Of a stretch of DNA of 64,000 bases, positions 27,401-38,300 are shown one piece after another. The notes under the pieces were generated by a model. That model was not told the origin of the DNA. It saw nothing but the letters and a program-made list of their open reading frames with translations, and searched no databases. Each line of letters opens with the position of its first letter. The stretch's first letter is position 1. A program made the position numbers and the translations under genes. Source of the stretch: Eledone cirrhosa (lineage: Eukaryota); the NCBI GenBank assembly GCA_964016885.1, contig OZ024751.1:1674001-1738000 (forward strand), given 5' to 3'.

Positions 27401-28410
27401 ACTGTTATTGGTGTTGGTGGTGTTACTGTTGTTGGTGTTGTTGGTGTTACTGTTGTTGGTGTTGTTGGTGTTACTGTTGTTCATGTTGTTTGTGTTACTG
27501 TTGTTGATGGTGTTGGTGTTACTGTTGTTGGTGTTGTTAGTGTTACTGTTGTTGGTGATGTTGGTGTTACTGTTGTTGGTGTTGTTAGTGTTACTGTTGT
27601 TGGTGTTGTTGGTGTTACTGTTGTTGGTGTTGTTTGTGTTACTGTTGTTGGTGTTTTTGGTGTTACTCTTGTTGGTGTTGTTGGTGTTACTGTTGTTGGT
27701 GTTGTTGGTGTTACTGCTTTGGTGTTGTTGGGGTTACTGTTGTTGGTGTTGTTGGTGTTACTGTTGTTGGTGTTGTTGGTGTTACTGTTGTTGGTGTTGG
27801 TGGTGTTACTGTTGTTGGTGTTGTTGGTGTTACTGTTATTGGTGTTACTGTTGTTGGTGTTGGTGGTGTGACTGTTGTTGGTGTTGTTGGTGTTACTGTT
27901 GTTGGTGTTGTTAGTGTTACTGTTGTTGGTGTTGTTAGTGTTACTGTTGTTGGTGTTGTTGGTGTTACTGTTGTTGGTGTTGTTAGTGTTACTGTTGTTA
28001 GGTGTTGTTATTGTTACTATTGTTGGTGTTGCTGGTGTTACTGTTGTTGGTGTTGTTGGTGTTACTGCTGTTGGTGTTGTTGGTGTTACTGTTGTTGGTG
28101 TTGTTGGTGTTACTGTTGTTGGTGTTATTAGTGTTACTGTTGTTGGTGTTGTTAGTGTTACTGTTGTTGGTGTTGGTGGTCTTACTGTTGTTGGTGTTGT
28201 TGGTGTTACTGTTGTTGGTGTTGTTGGTTGCTACTGTTGTTGGTGTTGTTGGTGTTACTGTTGTTGGTGTTGTTGGTGTTACTGTTGTTGGTGTTACTGT
28301 TGTCGGTGTTGTTTTTGTTGGTGTTGGTGGTGTTGGTTTTACTGTTGTTGGTGTGGTTGGTGTTACCGTTGTTGGTGTTGGTGGTCTTACTGTTGTTGGT
28401 GTTGTTGGTA
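18450..28410. repeat. Large tandem duplication, period ~5.1 kb (5092-5155 bp), each copy containing a nested 662-bp duplication
   Basis: 'ggcttt' at 18646/23738, 'gcttt' at 21026/26118, private 'cat' at 22327/27482, and +1 'ggttgctact' at 23101/28226. ORF pairs 19692/24784 and 20354/25446. The nested 662-bp offset is seen in 19692/20354 and 24784/25446. Confidence 0.92.
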
Positions 28411-30999
28411 TTACTGTTGTTGGTGTTGTTGGTGTTACTGTTGTTGTTGTTGTTGGTGTTACTGTTATTGGTGTTGTTGGTTTTACTGTTGTTGGTGTTG
28501 TTGGTGTTACTGTTGATGGTGTTGTTGGTGTTACTGTTGTTGGTGTTGTTGGTGTTACTGTTGTTGGTGTTGTTGGTGTTACTGTTGTTGGTGTTGGTGT
28601 TACTGTTGTTGGTGTTGTTAGTGTTACTGTTGTTGGTGTTGGTGTTGGTGTTACTGTTGTTGGTGTTGTTGGTGTTACTGTTGTTGGTGTTGTTGCTGTT
28701 ACTGTTGTGGTGTTGTTAGTGTTACTGTTGTTGGTGTTGTTAGTGTTACTGTTGTTGTTTCTGTTGGTGTTACTGTTGTTGGTGTTGTCAGTGTTACTGT
28801 TGTTGGTGTTGTAAGTGTTACTGTTGTTGGTGTTGTTGGTGTTACTGTTGTTGGTGTTGTTGGTCTTACTGTTGTTGGTGATGTTGGTGTTACTGTTGTT
28901 GGTGTTGTTGGTGTTACTGTTGTTGGTGTTGTTGGTGTTACTGTTGTTGGTGTTGTTAGTATTACTGTTGTTGGTGTTGGTGGTGTTACTGTTGTTGGTG
29001 TTGTTGGTGTTACTGTTGTTGGTGTTGTTGGTGTTACTGTTGTTGGTGTTGTTAGTGTTACTGTTGTTGGTGTTGTTGGTGTTACTGTTGTTGGTGTTGT
29101 TGGTGTTACTGTTGTTGGTGTTGTTGGTGTTACTGTTGTTGGTGTTGTTAGTATTACTGTTGTTGGTGTTGGTGGTGTTACTGTTGTTGGTGTTGTTAGT
29201 GTTACTGTTGTTGGTGTTGTTAGTATTACTGTTGTTGGTGTTGTTGGAGTTACTGTTGTTGGTGTTGTTAGTATTACTGTTATTGGTGTTGTTGGTGTTA
29301 CCGTTGTTGGTGTTGGTGGTCTTACTGTTGTTGGTGTTGTTGGAATTACTGTTGTTGGTGTTGTTGGTGTTACTGTTGTTGGTGTTGTTGGTGTTACTGT
29401 TGTTGGTGTTGTTGGTTTTACTGTTGTTGGTGTTGTTGGTGTTACTGTTGATGGTGTTGTTGGTGTTACTGTTGTTGGTGTTGTTGGTGTTACTGTTGTT
29501 GTTGTTGTTGGTGTTACTGTTGTTGGTGTTGGTGATACTGTTGTTGGTCTTGTTAGTGTTACTGTTGTTGGTGTTGGTGTTGGTGTTACTGTTGTTGGTG
29601 TTGTTGGTGTTACTGTTGTTGGTGTTGTTGGTGTTACTGTTGTGGTGTTGTTAGTGTTACTGTTGTTGGTGTTGTTAGTGTTACTGTTGTTGTTTTTGTT
29701 GGTGTTACTGTTGTTGGTGTTGTCAGTGTTACTGTTGTTGGTGTTGTTAGTGTTACTGTTGTTGGTGTTGTTGGTGTTACTGTTGTTGGTGTTGTTGGTC
29801 TTACTGTTGTTGGTGATGTTGGTGTTACTGTTGTTGGTGTTGTTGGTTTTACTGTTGTTGGTGTTGTTGGTGGTGTTGTTGGTGTTGTTGGTTTTACTGT
29901 TGTTGGTGTTGTTGGTGTTACTGTTGTTGGTGTTGTTGGTGTTACTGTTGTTGGTGTTGTTAGTATTACTGTTGTTGGTGTTGGTGGTGTTACTGTTGTT
30001 GGTGTTGTTGGTGTTACTGTTGTTGGTGTTGTTGGTGTTACTGTTGTTGGTGTTGTTAGTGTTACTGTTATTGGTGTTGTTGGTGTTACTGTTGTTGGTG
30101 TTACTGTTGTTGGTGTTGTTGGTGTTACTGTTGTTGGTGTTGTTGGTGTTACTGTTGTTGGTGTTGTTAGTATTACTGTTGTTGGTGTTGGTGGTGTTAC
30201 TGTTGTTGGTGTTGTTGGTGTTACTGTTGTTGGTGTTGTTAGTATTACTGTTGTTGGTGTTGGTGGTGTTACTGTTGTTGGTGTTGTTGGTGTTACTGTT
30301 GTTGGTGTTGTTGGAGTTACTGTTGTTGGTGTTGTTAGTGTTACTGTTGTTGGTGTTGTTGCTGTTACTGTTGTTGGTGTTGGTGGTGTTACTGTTGTTG
30401 GTGTTGTTTGTTTTACTGTTGTTGGTGTTGTTTGTGTTACTGTTGTTGGTGTTGATGGTGTTACTGTTGTTGGTGTTGTTAGTGTTACTGTTGTTGGTGT
30501 TGTTTGTGTTATTGTTGTTGGTGTTGTTAGTGTTACTGTTGTTGGTGTTGTTAGTGTTACTGTTGTTGTTTCTGTTGGTGTTACTGTTGTTGGTGTTGTC
30601 AGTGTTACTGTTGTTGGTGTTGTAAGTGTTACTGTTGTTGGTGTTGTTGGTGTTACTGTTGTTGGTGTTGTTGGTTTACTGTTGTTGGTGATGTTGGTGT
30701 TACTGTTGTTGGTGTTGTTGGTGTTACTGTTGTTGGTGTTGTTGGTGTTACTGTTGTTGGTGTTGTTAGTATTACTGTTGTTGGTGTTGGTGGTGTTACT
30801 GTTGTTGGTGTTGTTGGTGTTACTGTTGTTGGTGTTGTTGGTGTTACTGTTGTTGGTGTTGTTAGTGTTACTGTTGTTGGTGTTGTTGGTGTTACTGTTG
30901 TTGGTGTTGTTGGTGTTACTGTTGTTGGTGTTGTTGGTGTTACTGTTGTTGGTGTTGTTAGTATTACTGTTGTTGGTGTTGGTGGTGTTACTGTTGTTG

Positions 31000-33740
31000 G
31001 TGTTGTTGGTGTTACTGTTGATGGTGTTGTTGGTGTTACTGTTGTTGGTGTTGTTGGTGTTACTGTTGTTGGTAGTGTTGGTGTTACTGTTGTTGGTGTT
31101 GTTGGTGTTACTGTTGTGGTGTTGTTAGTGTTACTGTTGTTGGTGTTGTTAGTGTTACTGTTGTTGTTTCTGTTGGTGTTACTGTTGTTGGTGTTGTCAG
31201 TGTTACTGTTGTTGGTGTTGTAAGTGTTACTGTTGTTGGTGTTGTTGGTGTTACTGTTGTTGGTGTTGTTGGTGTTACTGTTGTTGGTGTTGTTAGTATT
31301 ACTGTTGTTGGTGTTGGTGGTGTTACTGTTGTTGGTGTTGTTGGAGTTACTGTTGTTGGTGTTGTTAGTGTTACTGTTGTTGGTGTTGTTGCTGTTACTG
31401 TTGTTGGTGTTGGTGGTGTTGGTGGTGTTACTGTTGTTGGTGTTACTGTTGTTGGTGTTGTTGGTGTTACTGTTGTTGGTGTTGTTGGTGTTACTGTTGT
31501 TGGTAGTGTTGGTGTTACTGTTGTTGGTGTTGTTGGTGTTACTGTTGTGGTGTTGTTAGTGTTACTGTTGTTGGTGTTGTTAGTGTTACTGTTGTTGTTT
31601 CTGTTGGTGTTACTGTTGTTGGTGTTGTCAGTGTTACTGTTGTTGGTGTTGTAAGTGTTACTGTTGTTGGTGTTGTTGGTGTTACTGTTGTTGGTGTTGT
31701 TGGTTTACTGTTGTTGGTGATGTTGGTGTTACTGTTGTTGGTGTTGTTGGTGTTACTGTTGTTGGTGTTGTTGGTGTTACTGTTGTTGGTGTTGTTAGTA
31801 TTACTGTTGTTGGTGTTGGTGGTGTTACTGTTGTTGGTGTTGTTGGTGTTACTGTTGTTGGTGTTGTTGGTGTTACTGTTGTTGGTGTTGTTAGTGTTAC
31901 TGTTGTTGGTGTTGTTGGTGTTACTGTTGTTGGTGTTGTTGGTGTTACTGTTGTTGGTGTTGTTGGTGTTACTGTTGTTGGTGTTGTTAGTATTACTGTT
32001 GTTGGTGTTGGTGGTGTTACTGTTGTTGGTGTTGTTGGTGTTACTGTTGATGGTGTTGTTGGTGTTACTGTTGTTGGTGTTGTTGGTGTTACTGTTGTTG
32101 GTGTTGTTGGTGTTACTGTTGTTGGTGTTGGTGTTACTGTTGTTGGTGTTGTTAGTGTTACTGTTGTTGGTGTTGGTGTTGGTGTTACTGTTGTTGGTGT
32201 TGTTGGTGTTACTGTTGTTGGTGTTGTTGGTGTTACTATTGTGGTGTTGTTAGTATTACTGTTGTTGGTGTTGTTAGTGTTACAGTTGTTGTTTTTGTTG
32301 CTGTTACTGTTGTTGGTGTTGTCAGTGTTTCTGTTGTTGGTGTTGTTAGTGTTACTGTTATTGGTGTTACTGTTGTTGGTGTTGTTGGTCTTACTGTTGT
32401 TGGTGATGTTGGTGTTACTGTTGTTGGTGTTGTTGGTTTTTCTGTTGTTGGTGTTGTTGGTGTTACTGTTGTTGGTGTTGTTGGTTTTACTGTTGTTGGT
32501 GTTGTTGGTGTTACTGTTGTTGGTGTTGTTGGTGTTACTGTTGTTGGTGTTGTTAGTATTACTGTTGTTGGTGTTGGTGGTGTTACTGTTGTTGGTGTTG
32601 TTGGTGTTACTGTTGTTGGTGTTGTTGGTGTTACTGTTGTTGGTGTTGTTAGTGTTACTGTTGTTGGTGTTGGTGGTGTTGGTGGTGTTACTGTTGTTGG
32701 TGTTACTGTTGTTGGTGTTGTTGGTGTTACTGTTGTTGGTGTTGTTGGTGTTACTGTTGTTGGTAGTGTTGGTGTTACTGTTGTTGGTGTTGTTGGTGTT
32801 ACTGTTGTGGTGTTGTTAGTGTTACTGTTGTTGGTGTTGTTAGTGTTACTGTTGTTGTTTCTGTTGGTGTTACTGTTGTTGGTGTTGTCAGTGTTACTGT
32901 TGTTGGTGTTGTAAGTGTTACTGTTGTTGGTGTTGTTGGTGTTACTGTTGTTGGTGTTGTTGGTGTTACTGTTGTTGGTGTTGTTAGTATTACTGTTGTT
33001 GGTGTTGGTGGTGTTACTGTTGTTGGTGTTGTTGGAGTTACTGTTGTTGGTGTTGTTAGTGTTACTGTTGTTGGTGTTGTTGCTGTTACTGTTGTTGGTG
33101 TTGGTGGTGTTGGTGGTGTTACTGTTGTTGGTGTTACTGTTGTTGGTGTTGTTGGTGTTACTGTTGTTGGTGTTGTTGGTGTTACTGTTGTTGGTAGTGT
33201 TGGTGTTACTGTTGTTGGTGTTGTTGGTGTTACTGTTGTGGTGTTGTTAGTGTTACTGTTGTTGGTGTTGTTAGTGTTACTGTTGTTGTTTCTGTTGGTG
33301 TTACTGTTGTTGGTGTTGTCAGTGTTACTGTTGTTGGTGTTGTAAGTGTTACTGTTGTTGGTGTTGTTGGTGTTACTGTTGTTGGTGTTGTTGGTTTACT
33401 GTTGTTGGTGATGTTGGTGTTACTGTTGTTGGTGTTGTTGGTGTTACTGTTGTTGGTGTTGTTGGTGTTACTGTTGTTGGTGTTGTTAGTATTACTGTTG
33501 TTGGTGTTGGTGGTGTTACTGTTGTTGGTGTTGTTGGTGTTACTGTTGTTGGTGTTGTTGGTGTTACTGTTGTTGGTGTTGTTAGTGTTACTGTTGTTGG
33601 TGTTGTTGGTGTTACTGTTGTTGGTGTTGTTGGTGTTACTGTTGTTGGTGTTGTTGGTGTTACTGTTGTTGGTGTTGTTAGTATTACTGTTGTTGGTGTT
33701 GGTGGTGTTACTGTTGTTGGTGTTGTTGGTGTTACTGTTG
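31000..33740. repeat. Higher-order tandem duplication, period 1691 bp, with a nested 431-bp repeat
   Basis: 'ggtagtgtt' at 31071/32762 and 31502/33193; -1 'ggtttact' at 31702/33393; ORF pairs 31224/32915 and 31711/33402. Confidence 0.85.
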
Positions 33741-35329
33741 TTGGTGTTGTTAGTATTACTGTTGTTGGTGTTGTTGGAGTTACTGTTGTTGGTGTTGTTA
33801 GTATTACTGTTGTTGGTGTTGTTGGTGTTACCGTTGTTGGTGTTGGTGGTCTTACTGTTGTTGGTGTTGTTGGAATTACTGTTGTTGGTGTTGTTGGTGT
33901 TACTGTTGTTGGTGTTGTTGGTGTTACTGTTGTTGGTGTTGTTGGTTTTACTGTTGTTGGTGTTGTTGGTGTTACTGTTGATGGTGTTGTTGGTGTTACT
34001 GTTGTTGGTGTTGTTGGTGTTACTGTTGTTGTTGTTGTTGGTGTTACTGTTGTTGGTGTTGGTGATACTGTTGTTGGTCTTGTTAGTGTTACTGTTGTTG
34101 GTGTTGGTGTTGGTGTTACTGTTGTTGGTGTTGTTGGTGTTACTGTTGTTGGTGTTGTTGGTGTTACTGTTGTGGTGTTGTTAGTGTTACTGTTGTTGGT
34201 GTTGTTAGTGTTACTGTTGTTGTTTTTGTTGGTGTTACTGTTGTTGGTGTTGTCAGTGTTACTGTTGTTGGTGTTGTTAGTGTTAATGTTGTTGGTGTTG
34301 TTGGTGTTACTGTTGTTGGTGTTGTTGGTCTTACTGTTGTTGGTGATGTTGGTGTTACTGTAGTTGGTGTTGTTGGTTTTACTGTTGTTGGTGTTGTTGG
34401 TGCTACTGTTGTTGGTGTTGTTGGTTTTACTGTTGTTGGTGTTGTTGGTGTTACTGTTGTTGGTGTTGTTGGTGTTACTGTTGTTGGTGTTGTTAGTATT
34501 ACTGTTGTTGGTGTTGGTGGTGTTACTGTTGTTGGTGTTGTTGGTGTTACTGTTGTTGGTGTTGTTGGTGTTACTGTTGTTGGTGTTGTTAGTGTTACTG
34601 TTGTTGGTGTTGTTGGTGTTACTGTTGTTGGTGTTGTTGGTGTTACTGTTGTTGGTGTTGTTGGTGTTACTGTTGTTGGTGTTGTTAGTATTACTGTTGT
34701 TGGTGTTGGTGGTGTTACTGTTGTTGGTGTTGTTGGTGTTACTGTTGTTGGTGTTGTTGGAGTTACTGTTGTTGGTGTTGTTAGTGTTACTGTTGTTGGT
34801 GTTGTTGGTGTTACTGTTGTTGGTGTTGGTGGTGTTACTGTTGTTGGTGTTGTTTGTTTTACTGTTGTTGGTGTTGTTTGTGTTACTGTTGTTGGTGTTG
34901 GTGGTGTTACTGTTGTTGGTGTTGTTAGTGTTACTGTTGTTGGTGTTGTTTGTGTTATTGTTGTTGGTGTTGGTGGTGTTACTGTTGTTGGTGTTACTGT
35001 TGTTGGTGTTGTTGGTGTTACTGTTGTTGGTGTTGTTGGTGTTACTGTTGTTGGTAGTGTTGGTGTTACTGTTGTTGGTGTTCTTGGTGTTACTGTTATT
35101 GGTGTTGGTGGTGTTACTGTTGTTGGTGTTGTTGGTGTTACTGTTGTTGGTGTTGTTGGTGTTACTGTTGTTGATGTTGTTTGTGTTACTGTTGTTGATG
35201 GTGTTGGTGTTACTGTTGTTGGTGTTGTTAGTGTTACTGTTGTTGGTGATGTTGGTGTTACTGTTGTTGGTGTTGTTAGTGTTACTGTTGTTGGTGTTGT
35301 GGGTGTTACTGTTGTTGGTGTTGTTTGTG

Positions 35330-38300
35330 TTACTGTTGTTGGTGTTGTTGGTGTTACTGTTGTTGGTGTTGTTGGTGTTACTGTTGTTGGTGTTGTTGGT
35401 GTTACTGTTATTGGTGTTACTGTTGTTGGTGTTGGTGGTGTGACTGTTGTTGGTGTTGTTGGTGTTACTGTTGTTGGTGTTGTTAGTGTTACTGTTGTTG
35501 GTGTTGTTAGTGTTACTGTTGTTGGTGTTGTTGGTGTTACTGTTGTTGTTGTTGTTAGTGTTGCTGTTGTTGGTGTTGTTATTGTTACTGTTGTTGGTGT
35601 TGCTGGTGTTACTGTTGTTGGTGTTGTTGGTGTTACTGCTGTTGGTGTTGTTGGTGTTACTGTTGTTGGTGTTGTTGGTGTTACTGTTGTTGGTGTTATT
35701 AGTGTTACTGTTGTTGGTGTTGTTAGTGTTACTGTTGTTGGTGTTGTTGGTGTTAATGTTGTTGGTGTTGTTAGTGTTACTGTTGTTGGTGTTGTTAGTG
35801 TTACTGTTGTTGGTGTTGTTGGTGTTACTGTTGTTGGTGTTGTTAGTGTTACTGTTGTTGGTGTTGTTAGTGTTACTGTTGTTGGTGTTGTTGGTGTTAC
35901 TGTTGTTGGTGTTGTTGGTGTTACTGTTGTTGGTGTTGTTAGTGTTACTGTTGTTGGTGTTGTTGGTGTTACTGTTGTTGGTGTTGTTAGTATTACTGTT
36001 GTTGGTGTTGTTTTTGTTGGTGTTGGTGGTGTTGGTGTTACTGTTGTTGGTGTTGGTGGTCTTACTGTTGTTGGTGTTGTTGGTGTTACTGTTGTTGGTG
36101 TTGTTTTTGTTGGTGTTGGTGGTGTTGGTGTTACTGTTGTTGGTGTTGGTGGTCTTACTGTTGTTGGTGTTGTTGGTGTTACTGTTGTTGGTGTTGTTGG
36201 TGTTACTGTTGTTGGTGTTGTTGGTGTTACTGTTGTTGGTGTTGTTGGTGTTACTGTTATTGGTGTTGTTTTTGTTGGTGTTGGTGGTGTTGGTTTTACT
36301 GTTGTTGGTGTTGTTGGTGTTACCGTTGTTGGTGTTGGTGGTCTTACTGTTGTTGGTGTTGTTGGTATTACTGTTGTTGGTGTTGTTGGTGTTATTGTTG
36401 TTGGTGTTATTGGTGTTACTGTTGTTGGAGTTGTTGGTTTTACTGTTGTTGGTGTTGTTGGTGTTACTGTTGATGGTGTTGTTGGTGTTACTGTTGTTGG
36501 TGTTGTTGGTGTTACTGTTGTTGGTGTTGTTGGTGTTACTGTTGTTGGTGTTGGTGTTACTGTTGTTGGTGTTGTTAGTGTTACTGTTGTTGGTGTTGGT
36601 GTTGGTGTTGTTAGTATTACTGTTGTTGGTGTTGGTGGTGTTACTGTTGTTGGTGTTGTTGGTGTTACTGTTGTTGGTGTTGTTGGTGTTACTGTTGTTG
36701 GTGTTGTTAGTGTTACTGTTGTTGGTGTTGTTGGTGTTACTGTTGTTGGTGTTTTGGTGTTACTGTTGTTGGTGTTGTTGGTGTTACTGTTGTTGGTGTT
36801 GTTAGTATTACTGTTGTTGGTGTTGTTGGTGTTACTGTTGTTGGTGTTGTTAGTATTACTGTTGTGGGTGTTGGTGGTGTTTCTGTTGTTGGTGTTGTTG
36901 GTGTTACTTTTGTTGGTGTTGTTGGTGTTACTGTTGTTGGTGTTGTTAGTGTTACTGTTGTTGGTGTTGTTGGTGTTACTGTTGTTGGTGTTGGTGGTGT
37001 TACTGTTGTTGGTGTTGTTTGTGTTACTGTTGTTGTTGTTGTTGGTGTTACTGTTGTTGGTGTTGTTGGTGTTACTGTTATTGGTGTTACTGTTGTTGGT
37101 GTTGGTGGTGTGACTGTTGTTGGTGTTGTTGGTGTTACTGTTGTTGGTGTTGTTAGTGTTACTGTTGTTGGTGTTGTTAGTGTTACTGTTGTTGGTGTTG
37201 TTGGTGTTACTGTTGTTGGTGTTGTTAGTGTTGCTGTTGTTGGTGTTGTTATTGTTACTGTTGTTGGTGTTGCTGGTGTTACTGTTGTTGGTGTTGTTGG
37301 TGTTACTGCTGTTGGTGTTGTTGGTGTTACTGTTGTTGGTGTTGTTGGTGTTACTGTTGTTGGTGTTATTAGTGTTACTGTTGTTGGTGTTGTTAGTGTT
37401 ACTGTTGTTGGTGTTGTTGGTGTTAATGTTGTTGGTGTTGTTGGTGTTACTGTTGTTGGTGTTGTTGGTGTTACTGTTGTTGGTGTTGTTAGTGTTACTG
37501 TTGTTGGTGTTGTTGGTGTTACTGTTGTTGGTGTTGTTAGTATTACTGTTGTTGGTGTTGTTTTTGTTGGTGTTGGTGGTGTTGGTGTTACTGTTGTTGG
37601 TGTTGGTGGTCTTACTGTTGTTGGTGTTGTTGGTGTTACTGTTGTTGGTGTTGTTTTTGTTGGTGTTGGTGGTGTTGGTGTTACTGTTGTTGGTGTTGGT
37701 GGTCTTACTGTTGTTGGTGTTGTTGGTGTTACTGTTGTTGGTGTTGTTGGTGTTACTGTTGTTGGTGTTGTTGGTGTTACTGTTGTTGGTGTTGTTGGTG
37801 TTACTGTTATTGGTGTTGTTTTTGTTGGTGTTGGTGGTGTTGGTTTTACTGTTGTTGGTGTTGTTGGTGTTACCGTTGTTGGTGTTGGTGGTCTTACTGT
37901 TGTTGGTGTTGTTGGTATTACTGTTGTTGGTGTTGTTGGTGTTATTGTTGTTGGTGTTATTGGTGTTACTGTTGTTGGAGTTGTTGGTTTTACTGTTGTT
38001 GGTGTTGTTGGTGTTACTGTTGATGGTGTTGTTGGTGTTACTGTTGTTGGTGTTGTTGGTGTTACTGTTGTTGGTGTTGTTGGTGTTACTGTTGTTGGTG
38101 TTGGTGTTACTGTTGTTGGTGTTGTTAGTGTTACTGTTGTTGGTGTTGGTGTTGGTGTTACTGTTGTTGGTGTTGTTGGTGTTACTGTTGTTGGTGTTGT
38201 TGGTGTTACTATTGTGGTGTTGTTAGTATTACTGTTGTTGGTGTTGTTAGTGTTACAGTTGTTGTTTTTGTTGCTGTTACTGTTGTTGGTGTTGTCAGTG

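Noticed and set aside
20383-27484. ATG-initiated minus-strand ORFs 20383-22329 and 25475-27484 (Asn-rich then Thr/Pro-rich)
   Set aside because: The ATG arises from a point variant inside the repeat (gat to cat) and was copied by the 5.1-kb duplication. There is no promoter, signal peptide or unique sequence.
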